From a virus, in IMG/VR virus record IMGVR_UViG_3300050014_000899: a DNA stretch of 64,000 nucleotides; one strand, given 5' to 3'. Positions 50,028 through 59,022 of the stretch are shown here, piece by piece; the first letter of the stretch is position 1, and the number at the start of each line of letters is the position of its first letter. A program made the translations under genes and the position numbers. The notes below the pieces were generated by a model. The model did not search any database. It was not told the DNA's origin and was given only the letters and a program-made list of their open reading frames with translations.

Positions 50028-50378
50028 ATGAGCAAAAAACACACAGTTTCTATCGAATCCCATAGCGGGATGGATAAAAGATTTGAAATGAATTTCCCAG
50101 GAGACTTACTGGTTTATGTTGATTACGATGATGTAGATCATGACTCCGTAGATGCTGCTGTTAAAGCATTAAAAGAAATTGTTGAAAAACATTGGGATGA
50201 AAAGGTATTCAAAAAATACTACATCAAAGAAGTAATGATCAGATGGGGAGAAAATGAATATGATCTTCAAGGAGATTATGAAGGCGGGTTAGAAGAATAT
50301 CTATCCGACCACAATTTTTCCGAAAAAGAGATAAAAGAAATCATTGAAGACTATCCCCCGGCGCTGTGTCCCGGATGA
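50028..50378 (+). CDS. hypothetical protein
   Basis: ORF. Confidence 0.7.
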   Translation: MSKKHTVSIESHSGMDKRFEMNFPGDLLVYVDYDDVDHDSVDAAVKALKEIVEKHWDEKVFKKYYIKEVMIRWGENEYDLQGDYEGGLEEYLSDHNFSEKEIKEIIEDYPPALCPG

Positions 50379-50441
50379 AATTATCTGAATTGATAAAACT
50401 TTTCGTCGCTATGTCCATATTATAGACCTAATGCTTTAAAA

Positions 50442-51068
50442 ATGCCCGAGAGAGGTTTGGTTACACAAAGTGGAAAATCATATAATTATCTGGAAAATAT
50501 AATTTTTCAGGATGGAGATATTTTAATAACGAAAAATGAGTTTCCGTCTAAGGATGCTATAGTTCTTTTTCTAATCGAGTATCTGGAAGAATGCATGGAA
50601 GAGGTAAATAGTCACAGTCAGCAAAATATAATGTTTGTTCTTAAGACCTGGTTTCGATTATTTGACCGATCGGATCTACAAGAATATGATGTCCAATATA
50701 TGTATCAATTATATGATGACTTTATAGTAGGAAATGAATTTCCCAAATTAAGCTTGGAGTTAGCGGGATCTTTTGTTACCGGAATTACTAAAATAAAAAA
50801 TCAAGCTATAGAGTATAATTTTGGTCAATCGGGACGTATTTTCAGCTATAAAAAAATCACGGAAACTATTAGGGAAAGAATAGAGGATATAAAAAGGGGT
50901 CAAATCATAGATAAAATTCAGGATACCTCCTTTTCATTGGATGGAAATATAGGAATGGTTATTAAAAGTTCGACAGAAATTTGGATTAAATTTATTCTTT
51001 CTGAAAATTCTCGACCGTATAAGCCATATGACGATTTGGAAAATCTTATGCCTCTGAATAGTTGGTAA
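50442..51068 (+). CDS. hypothetical protein
   Basis: ORF. Confidence 0.7.
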   Translation: MPERGLVTQSGKSYNYLENIIFQDGDILITKNEFPSKDAIVLFLIEYLEECMEEVNSHSQQNIMFVLKTWFRLFDRSDLQEYDVQYMYQLYDDFIVGNEFPKLSLELAGSFVTGITKIKNQAIEYNFGQSGRIFSYKKITETIRERIEDIKRGQIIDKIQDTSFSLDGNIGMVIKSSTEIWIKFILSENSRPYKPYDDLENLMPLNSW

Positions 51069-51649
51069 TGTATTCGGGACTTATATATTGTGCTACCTCT
51101 CCTTCGAATAAAAAATATTATGGAAGAACCCGAAAATCTCTTCAATCAAGGATAAAGATCCATTTAAAAAATTCAAAGAATCAAAGATTTCCAAATGCTC
51201 TTCGAAAATATGGAAACTCCTCTTTTAAGTGGAATGTTATTGAGTCTTTCGAATTTGAATCAGAGAAAGAACTTGAAATAAAGCTCAATGAACGCGAAAC
51301 CTTTTGGATTAAAACGGATAAAACACTAAATCCAGAATATGGATACAATATGACTGAGGGCGGAGATCGAGGCCCTGCGAAAGGGATAAAACACAAAAAT
51401 CATACCCAACAGCATCGAGATCATATATCTGAAAGCAAAACAGGCATACCCATGGCCGAAAATACAAAAAAATTGCTTAGTTCTTTAAATATGGGGCATA
51501 CAAGACAATCAAACGGTCTAAATTCTCAAAAAGGAAAGAAATGGATGATAAATCCAGATAGAACACAAAGATCCCTGATTAAAATAGAGGAAACTCAAAA
51601 ATATCTGACGCTAGGTTGGGGTTTTGGAAGAAAACACATTAATAGATAA
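51068..51649 (+). CDS. GIY-YIG homing endonuclease
   Basis: GLIY...YYGRT...RIKIH...GYNMTEGGD. Confidence 0.88.
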   Translation: MYSGLIYCATSPSNKKYYGRTRKSLQSRIKIHLKNSKNQRFPNALRKYGNSSFKWNVIESFEFESEKELEIKLNERETFWIKTDKTLNPEYGYNMTEGGDRGPAKGIKHKNHTQQHRDHISESKTGIPMAENTKKLLSSLNMGHTRQSNGLNSQKGKKWMINPDRTQRSLIKIEETQKYLTLGWGFGRKHINR

Positions 51650-51685
51650 TAAAACATACGTTCTTTGAACATATTTAAAATTTAA

Positions 51686-51949
51686 AGTGTAGTAAGTGAT
51701 TTGCTTTACTTCGTACTAATTCTTGGCTTCGGTCAGGACTATGGGAGGATTCCCAGACACTATGTGATTATACTCATGTAAACGGCAAGTGACATGAGAA
51801 GCTTCGGCTTCAAAAAGGTCAGGAACTCAGAAAGGCTGGCAGGACGAATAAAATAAATCCTGTATCTGGGATGGTTTGGCAAGGTCCAGGTTTAAAAAAA
51901 TCTTCTAGAGATAGGAACTCTTAAAAACGCGCAACACCGGATTCTCACT
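51686..51949 (+). ncRNA. Y-RNA-like element H (about 215 nt cargo)
   Basis: AGTG-TAGTAA-GTGATTTGC-TTTACTTCG...GCAACAC...TTCT-CACT. Confidence 0.68.
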
Positions 51950-52093
51950 CAATTTTAATTATTAGCGATAACAAAACATATCTAGCACTGCTGCTCAACA
52001 TCACAGTTCCTATTTGCGGTCATTATGGGGTGAATTAAATTCACGGACAGAAGATTACGTAGGGTTGAGCCCGCTAATAATATAATCAAAAGG

Positions 52094-52131
52094 ATCCATA
52101 GTTGGTGTTTAGCATTGACTATGGATTTTTT
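52094..52131 (+). terminator. intrinsic terminator
   Basis: ATCCATAGT...ACTATGGATTTTTT. Confidence 0.7.
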
Positions 52132-52152
52132 GTGAATATATAAAATAAAACT

Positions 52153-52944
52153 ATGTATTCAGGACTTATCTATTGTATTGTTTCCAAAGATGGAAAAAAG
52201 TATTATGGAAAAACTATTCAGCCTTTTAAAATAAGAATTAAACAGCATTTAAATGAAAAAAGGAATTGCAAAATTTCTAATGCTTTAAAAAAATATGGAA
52301 AAGATGAGTTCACCTATAATATAATAGAAAAATATGAATTCATATCAAGAGAGGAACTAATTGATAGACTTAATCAAAGAGAAATATATTGGATAGATAA
52401 GGATCAAACTCAAAAAAATGGATATAACATGACTCCAGGAGGGGATCGGGGGTCAGATACAAGAGGAATGGTAAAAGTTATAGATCCAAATTCAGGACAA
52501 AAATATTTTGTATCCACTAAAGATTCTAGATATATTTCGGGACAATTAATTTCTGCAATGAAAGGATTTTTATCTGTTAAAGATTTAGATGGAATAAGAT
52601 ACAGAATAAAAATTGATGACCCTGAATATTTAAAAGGAGTCTTAGTTTCTGTAAATAAAGGAATTGGAAAGGTTTCCGGAATGAAAGATAAAAAAATGTC
52701 GGAAGAGGCAAAAGAAGAAATCCGAAAAAAACGAGAAGGGACAAAACTTTCCGATATAACAAAATATAATATTAGTAAATCTAATTTAAATCATAAACGA
52801 ATGTCAGGAGAAAAAAATTCTCATTATGGTAAAAAATGGATACTAAATCCTTCTAAAACTCAAAGAATTTTAATAGAAAAAGATAAAGCAGAAGAATATA
52901 TTGCGTTAGGATGGGTTTTTGGCAGAAAAATAATTAATAAATAA
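52153..52944 (+). CDS. GIY-YIG homing endonuclease
   Basis: Paralogue of 51068; GLIY...YYGKT...GYNMTPGGD. Confidence 0.88.
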   Translation: MYSGLIYCIVSKDGKKYYGKTIQPFKIRIKQHLNEKRNCKISNALKKYGKDEFTYNIIEKYEFISREELIDRLNQREIYWIDKDQTQKNGYNMTPGGDRGSDTRGMVKVIDPNSGQKYFVSTKDSRYISGQLISAMKGFLSVKDLDGIRYRIKIDDPEYLKGVLVSVNKGIGKVSGMKDKKMSEEAKEEIRKKREGTKLSDITKYNISKSNLNHKRMSGEKNSHYGKKWILNPSKTQRILIEKDKAEEYIALGWVFGRKIINK

Positions 52945-52964
52945 TCAAATATAAGTTCTTTTAA

Positions 52965-53208
52965 ATCTATAGTAAGTTGGCGTGATACATCGTTCGAGGA
53001 GCAATCCTCACAATAAAAATTCTTGCGTAAGCAAAATCAAAATTGATTCTACGACGATTGTCAATACAGAGCAGGAATTTTCCCACTGGGTTCGACAGCG
53101 AAAGCTTCGGTAGTTAGGCGACTTAATCTCGTACTAACCATTTTCCTAGGACGTGACGATCAAGAGAAGTTAAACTCTTTAAAATCTCACCCCACAATTT
53201 TCTTGGAT
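52965..53208 (+). ncRNA. Y-RNA-like element I (about 190 nt cargo)
   Basis: ATCTA-TAGTAA-GTTGGCGTGA-TACATCG...TCACCCCAC-AATT-TTCT-TGGAT. Confidence 0.62.
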
Positions 53209-53213
53209 AACAC

Positions 53214-53729
53214 TTAAAAGCCAGTAGGTCGCATAGCGTCCACTGGTTTTTTTATGGACTGTCGGAAAGCTCTTATTTTATCTTTAGCTTTATCAGAATG
53301 ATGCTGAAGCCCCGTTTTTCCTTTATTCCACGGGGTTCTTCCTAGATATGGTTTTAATTGTTCGTCAGATAGTTTTATTCCTTTATTCCAAGGCGAAATT
53401 CCTTTTTTTGCATCTTTCATTTTATCTAAAGATTCCCCATTAAGAAAAGTATATCCTCCTTTTGGATGAAGATTATATCCATTGGGGAATAAGGTATTAA
53501 ATTGATTAATATATCTTTCTTGAGCATCAAAAGCTTCTTGACGGGTTTCAAACCATTCTAATATTTCTTTAAAAAAGTTTTTCCTTTGATACTTTTTTAT
53601 AGCATTTTTTAGATAGGGTTTTCCGCTCCCAATATAATGGCATCTCTCATTCAATGTTATTGTATGATCCCCAATATATTGTTTCCCTGTAATTAAATTA
53701 GTAGTAATATAAACGTAATGCTCTTTCAT
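53214..53729 (-). CDS. GIY-YIG homing endonuclease
   Basis: YVYITT...YIGDH...YIGSG; paralogue of 21841. Confidence 0.88.
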   Translation of the reverse strand: MKEHYVYITTNLITGKQYIGDHTITLNERCHYIGSGKPYLKNAIKKYQRKNFFKEILEWFETRQEAFDAQERYINQFNTLFPNGYNLHPKGGYTFLNGESLDKMKDAKKGISPWNKGIKLSDEQLKPYLGRTPWNKGKTGLQHHSDKAKDKIRAFRQSIKKPVDAMRPTGF

Positions 53730-53821
53730 ATTTTATATATCTCCGCATAGCGTCTAAATTTTTTATTTTCAAATTTAACGAATTAATTGAGATATTTTTC
53801 GTATATTTGTCTATAATAATT

Positions 53822-54019
53822 ATGAACGACTTTTTAAAATCTGGCTTTAATCTAAAGAAAACTTCAGGAAGAACCTTTCTAACTGATAAGAGAACTGTTT
53901 GTATCAAACATCAGGATGGTCATGTAACTGAACATCGAGGAATTAGTGATCCGTGGAGATATATTGCTAAAGTCAAAAAAGAAATGGGCGTACAAGACGC
54001 CTGGATAAAAGACGAATAA
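53822..54019 (+). CDS. hypothetical protein
   Basis: ORF after TATATTTG promoter. Confidence 0.65.
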   Translation: MNDFLKSGFNLKKTSGRTFLTDKRTVCIKHQDGHVTEHRGISDPWRYIAKVKKEMGVQDAWIKDE

Positions 54020-54621
54020 TGAATTTCACAAGAGGCGGCGACGTCAAAGAAACCCTAGGTATTGGTCGAGATGCAATTCTAAAAGAAATTGGGGGAGTTG
54101 TAATAAATGATAAGGGTCAAATTGAAAGATGGAGAACCACTGAGAAATGGGATGCTACGGGGTTACTTTCTGGATTGGAAGATTTGGAAAAGGAGGAGAA
54201 AGAACTTGCAGAAAATGATTTTAGAAAGAAAAATGTCATAATTGGAGTTAGTGATGGGACTTTTACTATCCTACGAAACCGAATAAAATATGATGGCCCA
54301 GATAAAGGAGATGAAAAAGATCTAATTACAGTTCTTCTTGATTTACGAGATTGTTTTCGTAAATGGGGAATTGATAATGGTTTCTTTCCCTTCGCTAAAA
54401 AGGTAGCTGCTACAACTATTGGATTGGATCTTGTGTCGGTGGTCCCCATGTCTGCTCCATCAGGTCAATTGGCATATTTAGATTATGAATACGGCAAAAA
54501 GACTCTAGCAAAAAGAGTTAAGAAAATTTTCAAAAATATTTATTGGTTTTTCTACGTAAAAACAAGAAAATTTTACTATTTGTACTTGAATAAATACATC
54601 AATAAAAACAAACAAAAATAA
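54019..54621 (+). CDS. protein containing a T4 gp23-like major capsid N-terminal fragment
   Basis: EKWDATGLL.GL and FPFAKKVAATTIGLDLVSVVPMSAPSGQLAYLDY; N-terminal MNFTRGGDVKETLGIG. Confidence 0.6.
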   Translation: MNFTRGGDVKETLGIGRDAILKEIGGVVINDKGQIERWRTTEKWDATGLLSGLEDLEKEEKELAENDFRKKNVIIGVSDGTFTILRNRIKYDGPDKGDEKDLITVLLDLRDCFRKWGIDNGFFPFAKKVAATTIGLDLVSVVPMSAPSGQLAYLDYEYGKKTLAKRVKKIFKNIYWFFYVKTRKFYYLYLNKYINKNKQK

Positions 54622-54651
54622 CTAATTCAAAAGTAAATTTTTTACACATTA

Positions 54652-55821
54652 ATGGAAGAAAAAGATTCCTCTAAAGAGAGGCAGACTCAACAGCTAGAGC
54701 AAGTTGATTCTACCGAACCTCCCCTCGTCTGCTCTAACCAATCTCAGGTATTCAAAAACAAATTTTATCCTAATGCAACCCAACAAGAATGGGGTGACTG
54801 GAAATGGCAAATCAGAAATAGCATTACCAGCTATGAAGAATTAGCCAGAATTTTCGGTTCATCTGATTGCGAAGTTTCGGAAGATATAAATTTGCCTCTC
54901 AGAATTACTCCTTATTACGCCAGTACTATCAAGGATCCAAAAGGTCCGATTGGAAGATGCGTGATTCCCTCAAGCAATGAACTTATTGTAACAGAAAATG
55001 AAGAAAATGATTCTTTGCATGAAGAACAATACAGTCCTGTTCCGAATATCGTTCATCGTTATCCAGACCGTGTTCTATTCTTGACGACTGATTTTTGTTC
55101 ATCCTACTGTCGTTATTGTACCCGATCTCACATGGTTTCTCATCAGGAGATAACCAAAAAATTATGGGATAAGGGTATCGACTATATTCGCCAACATCCA
55201 GAAGTAAGAGACGTTCTCTTATCTGGTGGGGATTTTTTAACAATGAGTGATGAATCTATTGAGTACTTATTGAAGAATATCAGAGCTATTGAACACGTGG
55301 AATTCTTACGTATTGGAACTAAAGTTCCGGTTGTACTTCCACAAAGAATAACTCCAGAACTCGTCAACATGCTCAAAAAATACCATCCATTGTTTATGAG
55401 TATTCACTTTTCTCATCCGGATGAATTAACTCCAGAAGTAAAAGAAGCTTGTGAAAGACTTGCCGATGCAGGTATCCCATTAGGGTCCCAAACTGTCTTG
55501 CTGAAGGGTGTTAACGATGATGTAGCGACCATGAAAAGTCTTATGCATGGTTTACTTAAGATCAGAGTTCGACCTTATTATATCTATGCGTGCGACCTCG
55601 TACCGGGAACTTCCCATTTTAGAACTACAATCAATACTGGGCTTCAAATTATCCAGGGATTAAGAGGTTGGACAAGTGGTTATGCAGTTCCGCAATTTGT
55701 TATAGATGCTCCTGGCGGAGGTGGAAAAATTCCATTACTTCCAGAGTATTTCTTGGGTATGGATGGAAACAAAGTAAGACTTCGTAACTACGAAGGAAAA
55801 GAGTTTATCTATACGGAATAA
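54652..55821 (+). CDS. kamA: KamA-family radical SAM enzyme (lysine 2,3-aminomutase-like)
   Basis: WGDWKWQ, HRYPDRVL, CSSYCRYCTR, SGGD, SQTVLLKGVND, DAPGGGGKIP. Confidence 0.9.
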   Translation: MEEKDSSKERQTQQLEQVDSTEPPLVCSNQSQVFKNKFYPNATQQEWGDWKWQIRNSITSYEELARIFGSSDCEVSEDINLPLRITPYYASTIKDPKGPIGRCVIPSSNELIVTENEENDSLHEEQYSPVPNIVHRYPDRVLFLTTDFCSSYCRYCTRSHMVSHQEITKKLWDKGIDYIRQHPEVRDVLLSGGDFLTMSDESIEYLLKNIRAIEHVEFLRIGTKVPVVLPQRITPELVNMLKKYHPLFMSIHFSHPDELTPEVKEACERLADAGIPLGSQTVLLKGVNDDVATMKSLMHGLLKIRVRPYYIYACDLVPGTSHFRTTINTGLQIIQGLRGWTSGYAVPQFVIDAPGGGGKIPLLPEYFLGMDGNKVRLRNYEGKEFIYTE

Positions 55822-55892
55822 CCTGTTAAAATATTGTTAAAAAAGATCCCAAATTATTTCATAGTTTGGGATTTTTTATGTACTTTTACTTT

Positions 55893-56246
55893 ATGAACTT
55901 TCAAAGAATAGATAACGATCCATTAAGAACCCTCGACATAGGGAAAAGAGCTCTTAAAAAACAAAAGATTCAGAGTCTTATGTATAAAGAGGGATTTGTA
56001 ACCCAAGGACAATTATGGATGGGCATGGGAAATATTATAGATCTCATCAAAGAAACTAAAGATGGTGAATATATTGAGATTTTTAAAGAAGATTTCTTAC
56101 AATATTTTGCTATTCCAGTTAGAAAGGGTGAAAAATGGAGATGGGAACAATTATATGAAATCATACCCCAATTTCCGAATAAAGGGGTTTTTAAAGTTCA
56201 TTCTAACGTAATGGAAATTGTTGCAGCTTTTGCAAAACTTTCATAA
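55893..56246 (+). CDS. hypothetical protein, FxR-DP-IG motif family
   Basis: MNFQRIDNDPLRTLDIGK. Confidence 0.65.
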   Translation: MNFQRIDNDPLRTLDIGKRALKKQKIQSLMYKEGFVTQGQLWMGMGNIIDLIKETKDGEYIEIFKEDFLQYFAIPVRKGEKWRWEQLYEIIPQFPNKGVFKVHSNVMEIVAAFAKLS

Positions 56247-56333
56247 TCCCGTTAAAATATTGTTAAAAAAGTCCTGAATTATTTTTTAGTTTGGGATATT
56301 TGTCGTACATTTACCGTATAAACCACAACCACT

Positions 56334-56849
56334 ATGGAACTTATTATCGACAGACTCAAAAAAATCAAAGAATTAGCTGAACGTGGAGTAGAAGGTGAAG
56401 CCGCTGAAGCTAAAAGAAAACTGGCAATTCTGTTGATGAAATACGGATTGAAAATTGAAGATCTTGAAGATGTTAAAGTATATCAATACAAATTCAAATA
56501 TATTACCATTCAGGAAAGACAGATAATTCTTCAGTGTATTGCTCAGGTAACTGATGATCCTGAACTTACATATTCACATTATAAAGACAAAAAGAAAGAA
56601 TTCTTTGTTAAATTAACGGAATGGCAATATGCGGAAGCAAAAGCCATGATCGATTTCCATATCAAGTTATTCAGAAAAGAACTCAAAGCTCAGTTGGCTG
56701 CTTTAACCAGTGCATATTGTGCAAAGCATTCTTTATTTGCAGCTAGTGCAAAAAGTGGCGGATCAAAATTAACCCCCGAAGAATTAGCTCGTTTATTGGC
56801 AATCTATTCTGCTTTGGATGATAAAATTTTCAGAAAACAATTAGCATAA
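56334..56849 (+). CDS. hypothetical protein (DUF2786-like N-terminus)
   Basis: LKKIKELAERG..GEAAEAKRKL..LMKYGL. Confidence 0.7.
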   Translation: MELIIDRLKKIKELAERGVEGEAAEAKRKLAILLMKYGLKIEDLEDVKVYQYKFKYITIQERQIILQCIAQVTDDPELTYSHYKDKKKEFFVKLTEWQYAEAKAMIDFHIKLFRKELKAQLAALTSAYCAKHSLFAASAKSGGSKLTPEELARLLAIYSALDDKIFRKQLA

Positions 56850-57382
56850 TGTTCTCCAGAGAAATGACCCCAATGACTCTTGGCATCGGAATTGAAGCCA
56901 AGATACAAGCAAGAATGGAAGGAATGGGTAAACTCAGAAAGGGGTTACCGGATTCTATTGTATGGTCAATTCGTCATAATGAACGTGGGTTTTTTGAATA
57001 TTTTTTAGCTCAGGAAGGAGCAATTGAAAAATGTTTGGAAAATTCAGATATTTCAAAAGAGATAGTTCATAAAAATGCTCATTGGGCTTTAAAGAGTATT
57101 GTGGAAAAATCCCCGGATAAAGCATCTATGAAAATTTTACCTAAAGTCATTGTTAGAAATAACGGTAATATGCTTCAGCTTCTTTTAGAAAAATGGGGAG
57201 AATACTATAAGACCATGCAAGATTTCAAAAAGAGGTTATTTATGGCACTGTCTAATATGGATGGAACCAAAAAACTAAAACCGCCGACGATTAAGTCTTT
57301 GGAATACTTTTTTACTCTTGAAGAAATAGACGATATTCTGATCAAAAGAGGGCAGGCTCATGTAATAATTAACCTATCATGA
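56849..57382 (+). CDS. hypothetical protein, FxR-DP-IG motif family (degenerate)
   Basis: MFSREMTPMTLGIG. Confidence 0.65.
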   Translation: MFSREMTPMTLGIGIEAKIQARMEGMGKLRKGLPDSIVWSIRHNERGFFEYFLAQEGAIEKCLENSDISKEIVHKNAHWALKSIVEKSPDKASMKILPKVIVRNNGNMLQLLLEKWGEYYKTMQDFKKRLFMALSNMDGTKKLKPPTIKSLEYFFTLEEIDDILIKRGQAHVIINLS

Positions 57383-57720
57383 ACTTTGAAAGAACAAATA
57401 ATCCTTTAAAATCTCTTGATATTGGAAAAGATAGAATGCTCAAAATTGGGGATTCTTTTACGGTTCATATCGGAGATATGAAAGTTCCAGTTGTTGCTAC
57501 TTCTGATGAAACCAGAAATAAGCATTTCTATATGGAGAAAACCGATTGTTTTGGTCAAAAAGAATATACCGGATATGAGGTTCGACAGGTGGGGTACAAT
57601 GGATCTTTATACATCGGAATTGCAGAATGGAGAGAAAATTGTGAACACCCCAAATGGGAACATACAGATCATCCAGAAGATTTTCGAAAAATAAATCCAG
57701 AAGATGGAAGTTATATGTAG
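57379..57720 (+). CDS. hypothetical protein, FxR-DP-IG motif family
   Basis: MNFERTNNPLKSLDIGK. Confidence 0.65.
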   Translation: MNFERTNNPLKSLDIGKDRMLKIGDSFTVHIGDMKVPVVATSDETRNKHFYMEKTDCFGQKEYTGYEVRQVGYNGSLYIGIAEWRENCEHPKWEHTDHPEDFRKINPEDGSYM

Positions 57721-58075
57721 ATTTGAACGTAGAGCTGATCCGATTAAAACATTAGATATTGGTAATGCTAGGATTCTTCGAAAAGGAGATATGTTTGAGG
57801 TTACCCTTCCCTATTTACTTTGTGATTGTGATTGTGATGGGCAAGGGTATACTCATAGATGCATTGCAGTCAAGGATGAAAAAACAATGATTCTGATGAA
57901 TATAGGAAAGTATAAAATTCCTCAATTGGTGACTTCCGAAAACAGGGACAGAATTAAAGATTATACTGAACGTAGGGAAATAGAATTTTATCTTCTTAAT
58001 GTTGGATATGGAACAGCATATTTTGATGAAAAATTGAATATTTGGAAAATCGAAGAAAATGAATCGATAAGATGA
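57704..58075 (+). CDS. hypothetical protein, FxR-DP-IG motif family
   Basis: RFERRADPIKTLDIG. Confidence 0.65.
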   Translation: MEVICRFERRADPIKTLDIGNARILRKGDMFEVTLPYLLCDCDCDGQGYTHRCIAVKDEKTMILMNIGKYKIPQLVTSENRDRIKDYTERREIEFYLLNVGYGTAYFDEKLNIWKIEENESIR

Positions 58076-58078
58076 ACC

Positions 58079-58135
58079 TTTAACGAACTTTTAACGTTTA
58101 AAATTTTTTTACTAAGAAAACTTTTCGTATAATTG
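58079..58135 (+). promoter_or_regulatory. promoter: TTTAAC direct repeat plus TATAATTG
   Basis: Repeat 58079-58095, -7-like element 58128-58135. Confidence 0.65.
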
Positions 58136-58148
58136 CACTATTAAACAT

Positions 58149-58242
58149 AATCTGCTTGTGTCTTTGTGAGCAAGGAATCAATGATTACCGGTCTGGATTT
58201 TAAATTCAGCGGCGGGAACTAACAGCAAGCAGATTTCTTTTT
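58149..58242 (+). ncRNA. structured 5' leader / small RNA
   Basis: AATCTGCTTG...CAAGCAGATT 10 bp closing stem followed by a T-tract. Confidence 0.45.
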
Positions 58243-58253
58243 ATTTTTGTTTA

Positions 58254-58805
58254 ATGGAAAATTTAATTTATGGTCTTTATTGTCCTATAAGAAAAAAACC
58301 AGTTTATGTTGGTCAAACTACTAAAGGAATTGATAGACCCTTTCAACATATAAAAGAACGATCTCATAGTAAAAAAGTTAATGAGTGGGTTCATGAATTA
58401 AAGAAGGATGGATTAACTCCAATAATAGTAATTTTGGAGACTTTTGAAGATTCTTCATTGTTGGATGATAAAGAAAGATTTTGGGTTCAGAAATTTTTAA
58501 ACGAAGGCGAATTACTTTTAAATCAACAATTAGTATCCCCTTTAATTTTAACAGTAGCTGAATTTTCAGAACAGAGGGAAACAACATTTAAAGATGAATT
58601 AGCTTTATTTGTTAAGGGAAGGAGAAAAATTTTAAATTTAACTCAGCAAAGATTTTGTGAAAAGACTGGGATTGGATTAAGATTTCTTCGAAGTGTTGAG
58701 CAAGGAAAATTCAAAAAAGATAATTTTAGTACGAAATCAATTGAAACTGTACTTTATTATTTAGGAGCAAGATTAACTATAGGACCTTATAAAAAAGAAG
58801 AATGA
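58254..58805 (+). CDS. GIY-YIG nuclease - XRE HTH fusion
   Basis: LIYGL...YVGQT...R..QH; C-terminal RRKILNLTQ..FCEKTGIGLRFLRSVEQGK. Confidence 0.75.
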   Translation: MENLIYGLYCPIRKKPVYVGQTTKGIDRPFQHIKERSHSKKVNEWVHELKKDGLTPIIVILETFEDSSLLDDKERFWVQKFLNEGELLLNQQLVSPLILTVAEFSEQRETTFKDELALFVKGRRKILNLTQQRFCEKTGIGLRFLRSVEQGKFKKDNFSTKSIETVLYYLGARLTIGPYKKEE

Positions 58806-59017
58806 AATTATTTCTCTTAAAAAGAAAATTCGATGGATTTGATCACTGGGATGTTACAATGGGTCTCGTGGTCGCTGCAGATAATGAAAATGATGCTTGG
58901 GAAGTTAATGGAGCAATCAATTTCAATCTTGACCGTCAAGAGGTAGAAATAACAGAATTAGGGGGAGCAAACCCAAACATTGAAAGAGGAATTATTTTGG
59001 AAGATTATAAAAGCTAA
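58802..59017 (+). CDS. hypothetical protein
   Basis: ORF. Confidence 0.65.
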   Translation: MKLFLLKRKFDGFDHWDVTMGLVVAADNENDAWEVNGAINFNLDRQEVEITELGGANPNIERGIILEDYKS

Positions 59018-59022
59018 ATAAG

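Noticed and set aside
551-58587. Short antisense or alternate-frame ORFs nested in long + strand genes
   Set aside because: Shadow ORFs with no motifs; only the two minus-strand GIY-YIG genes are supported.
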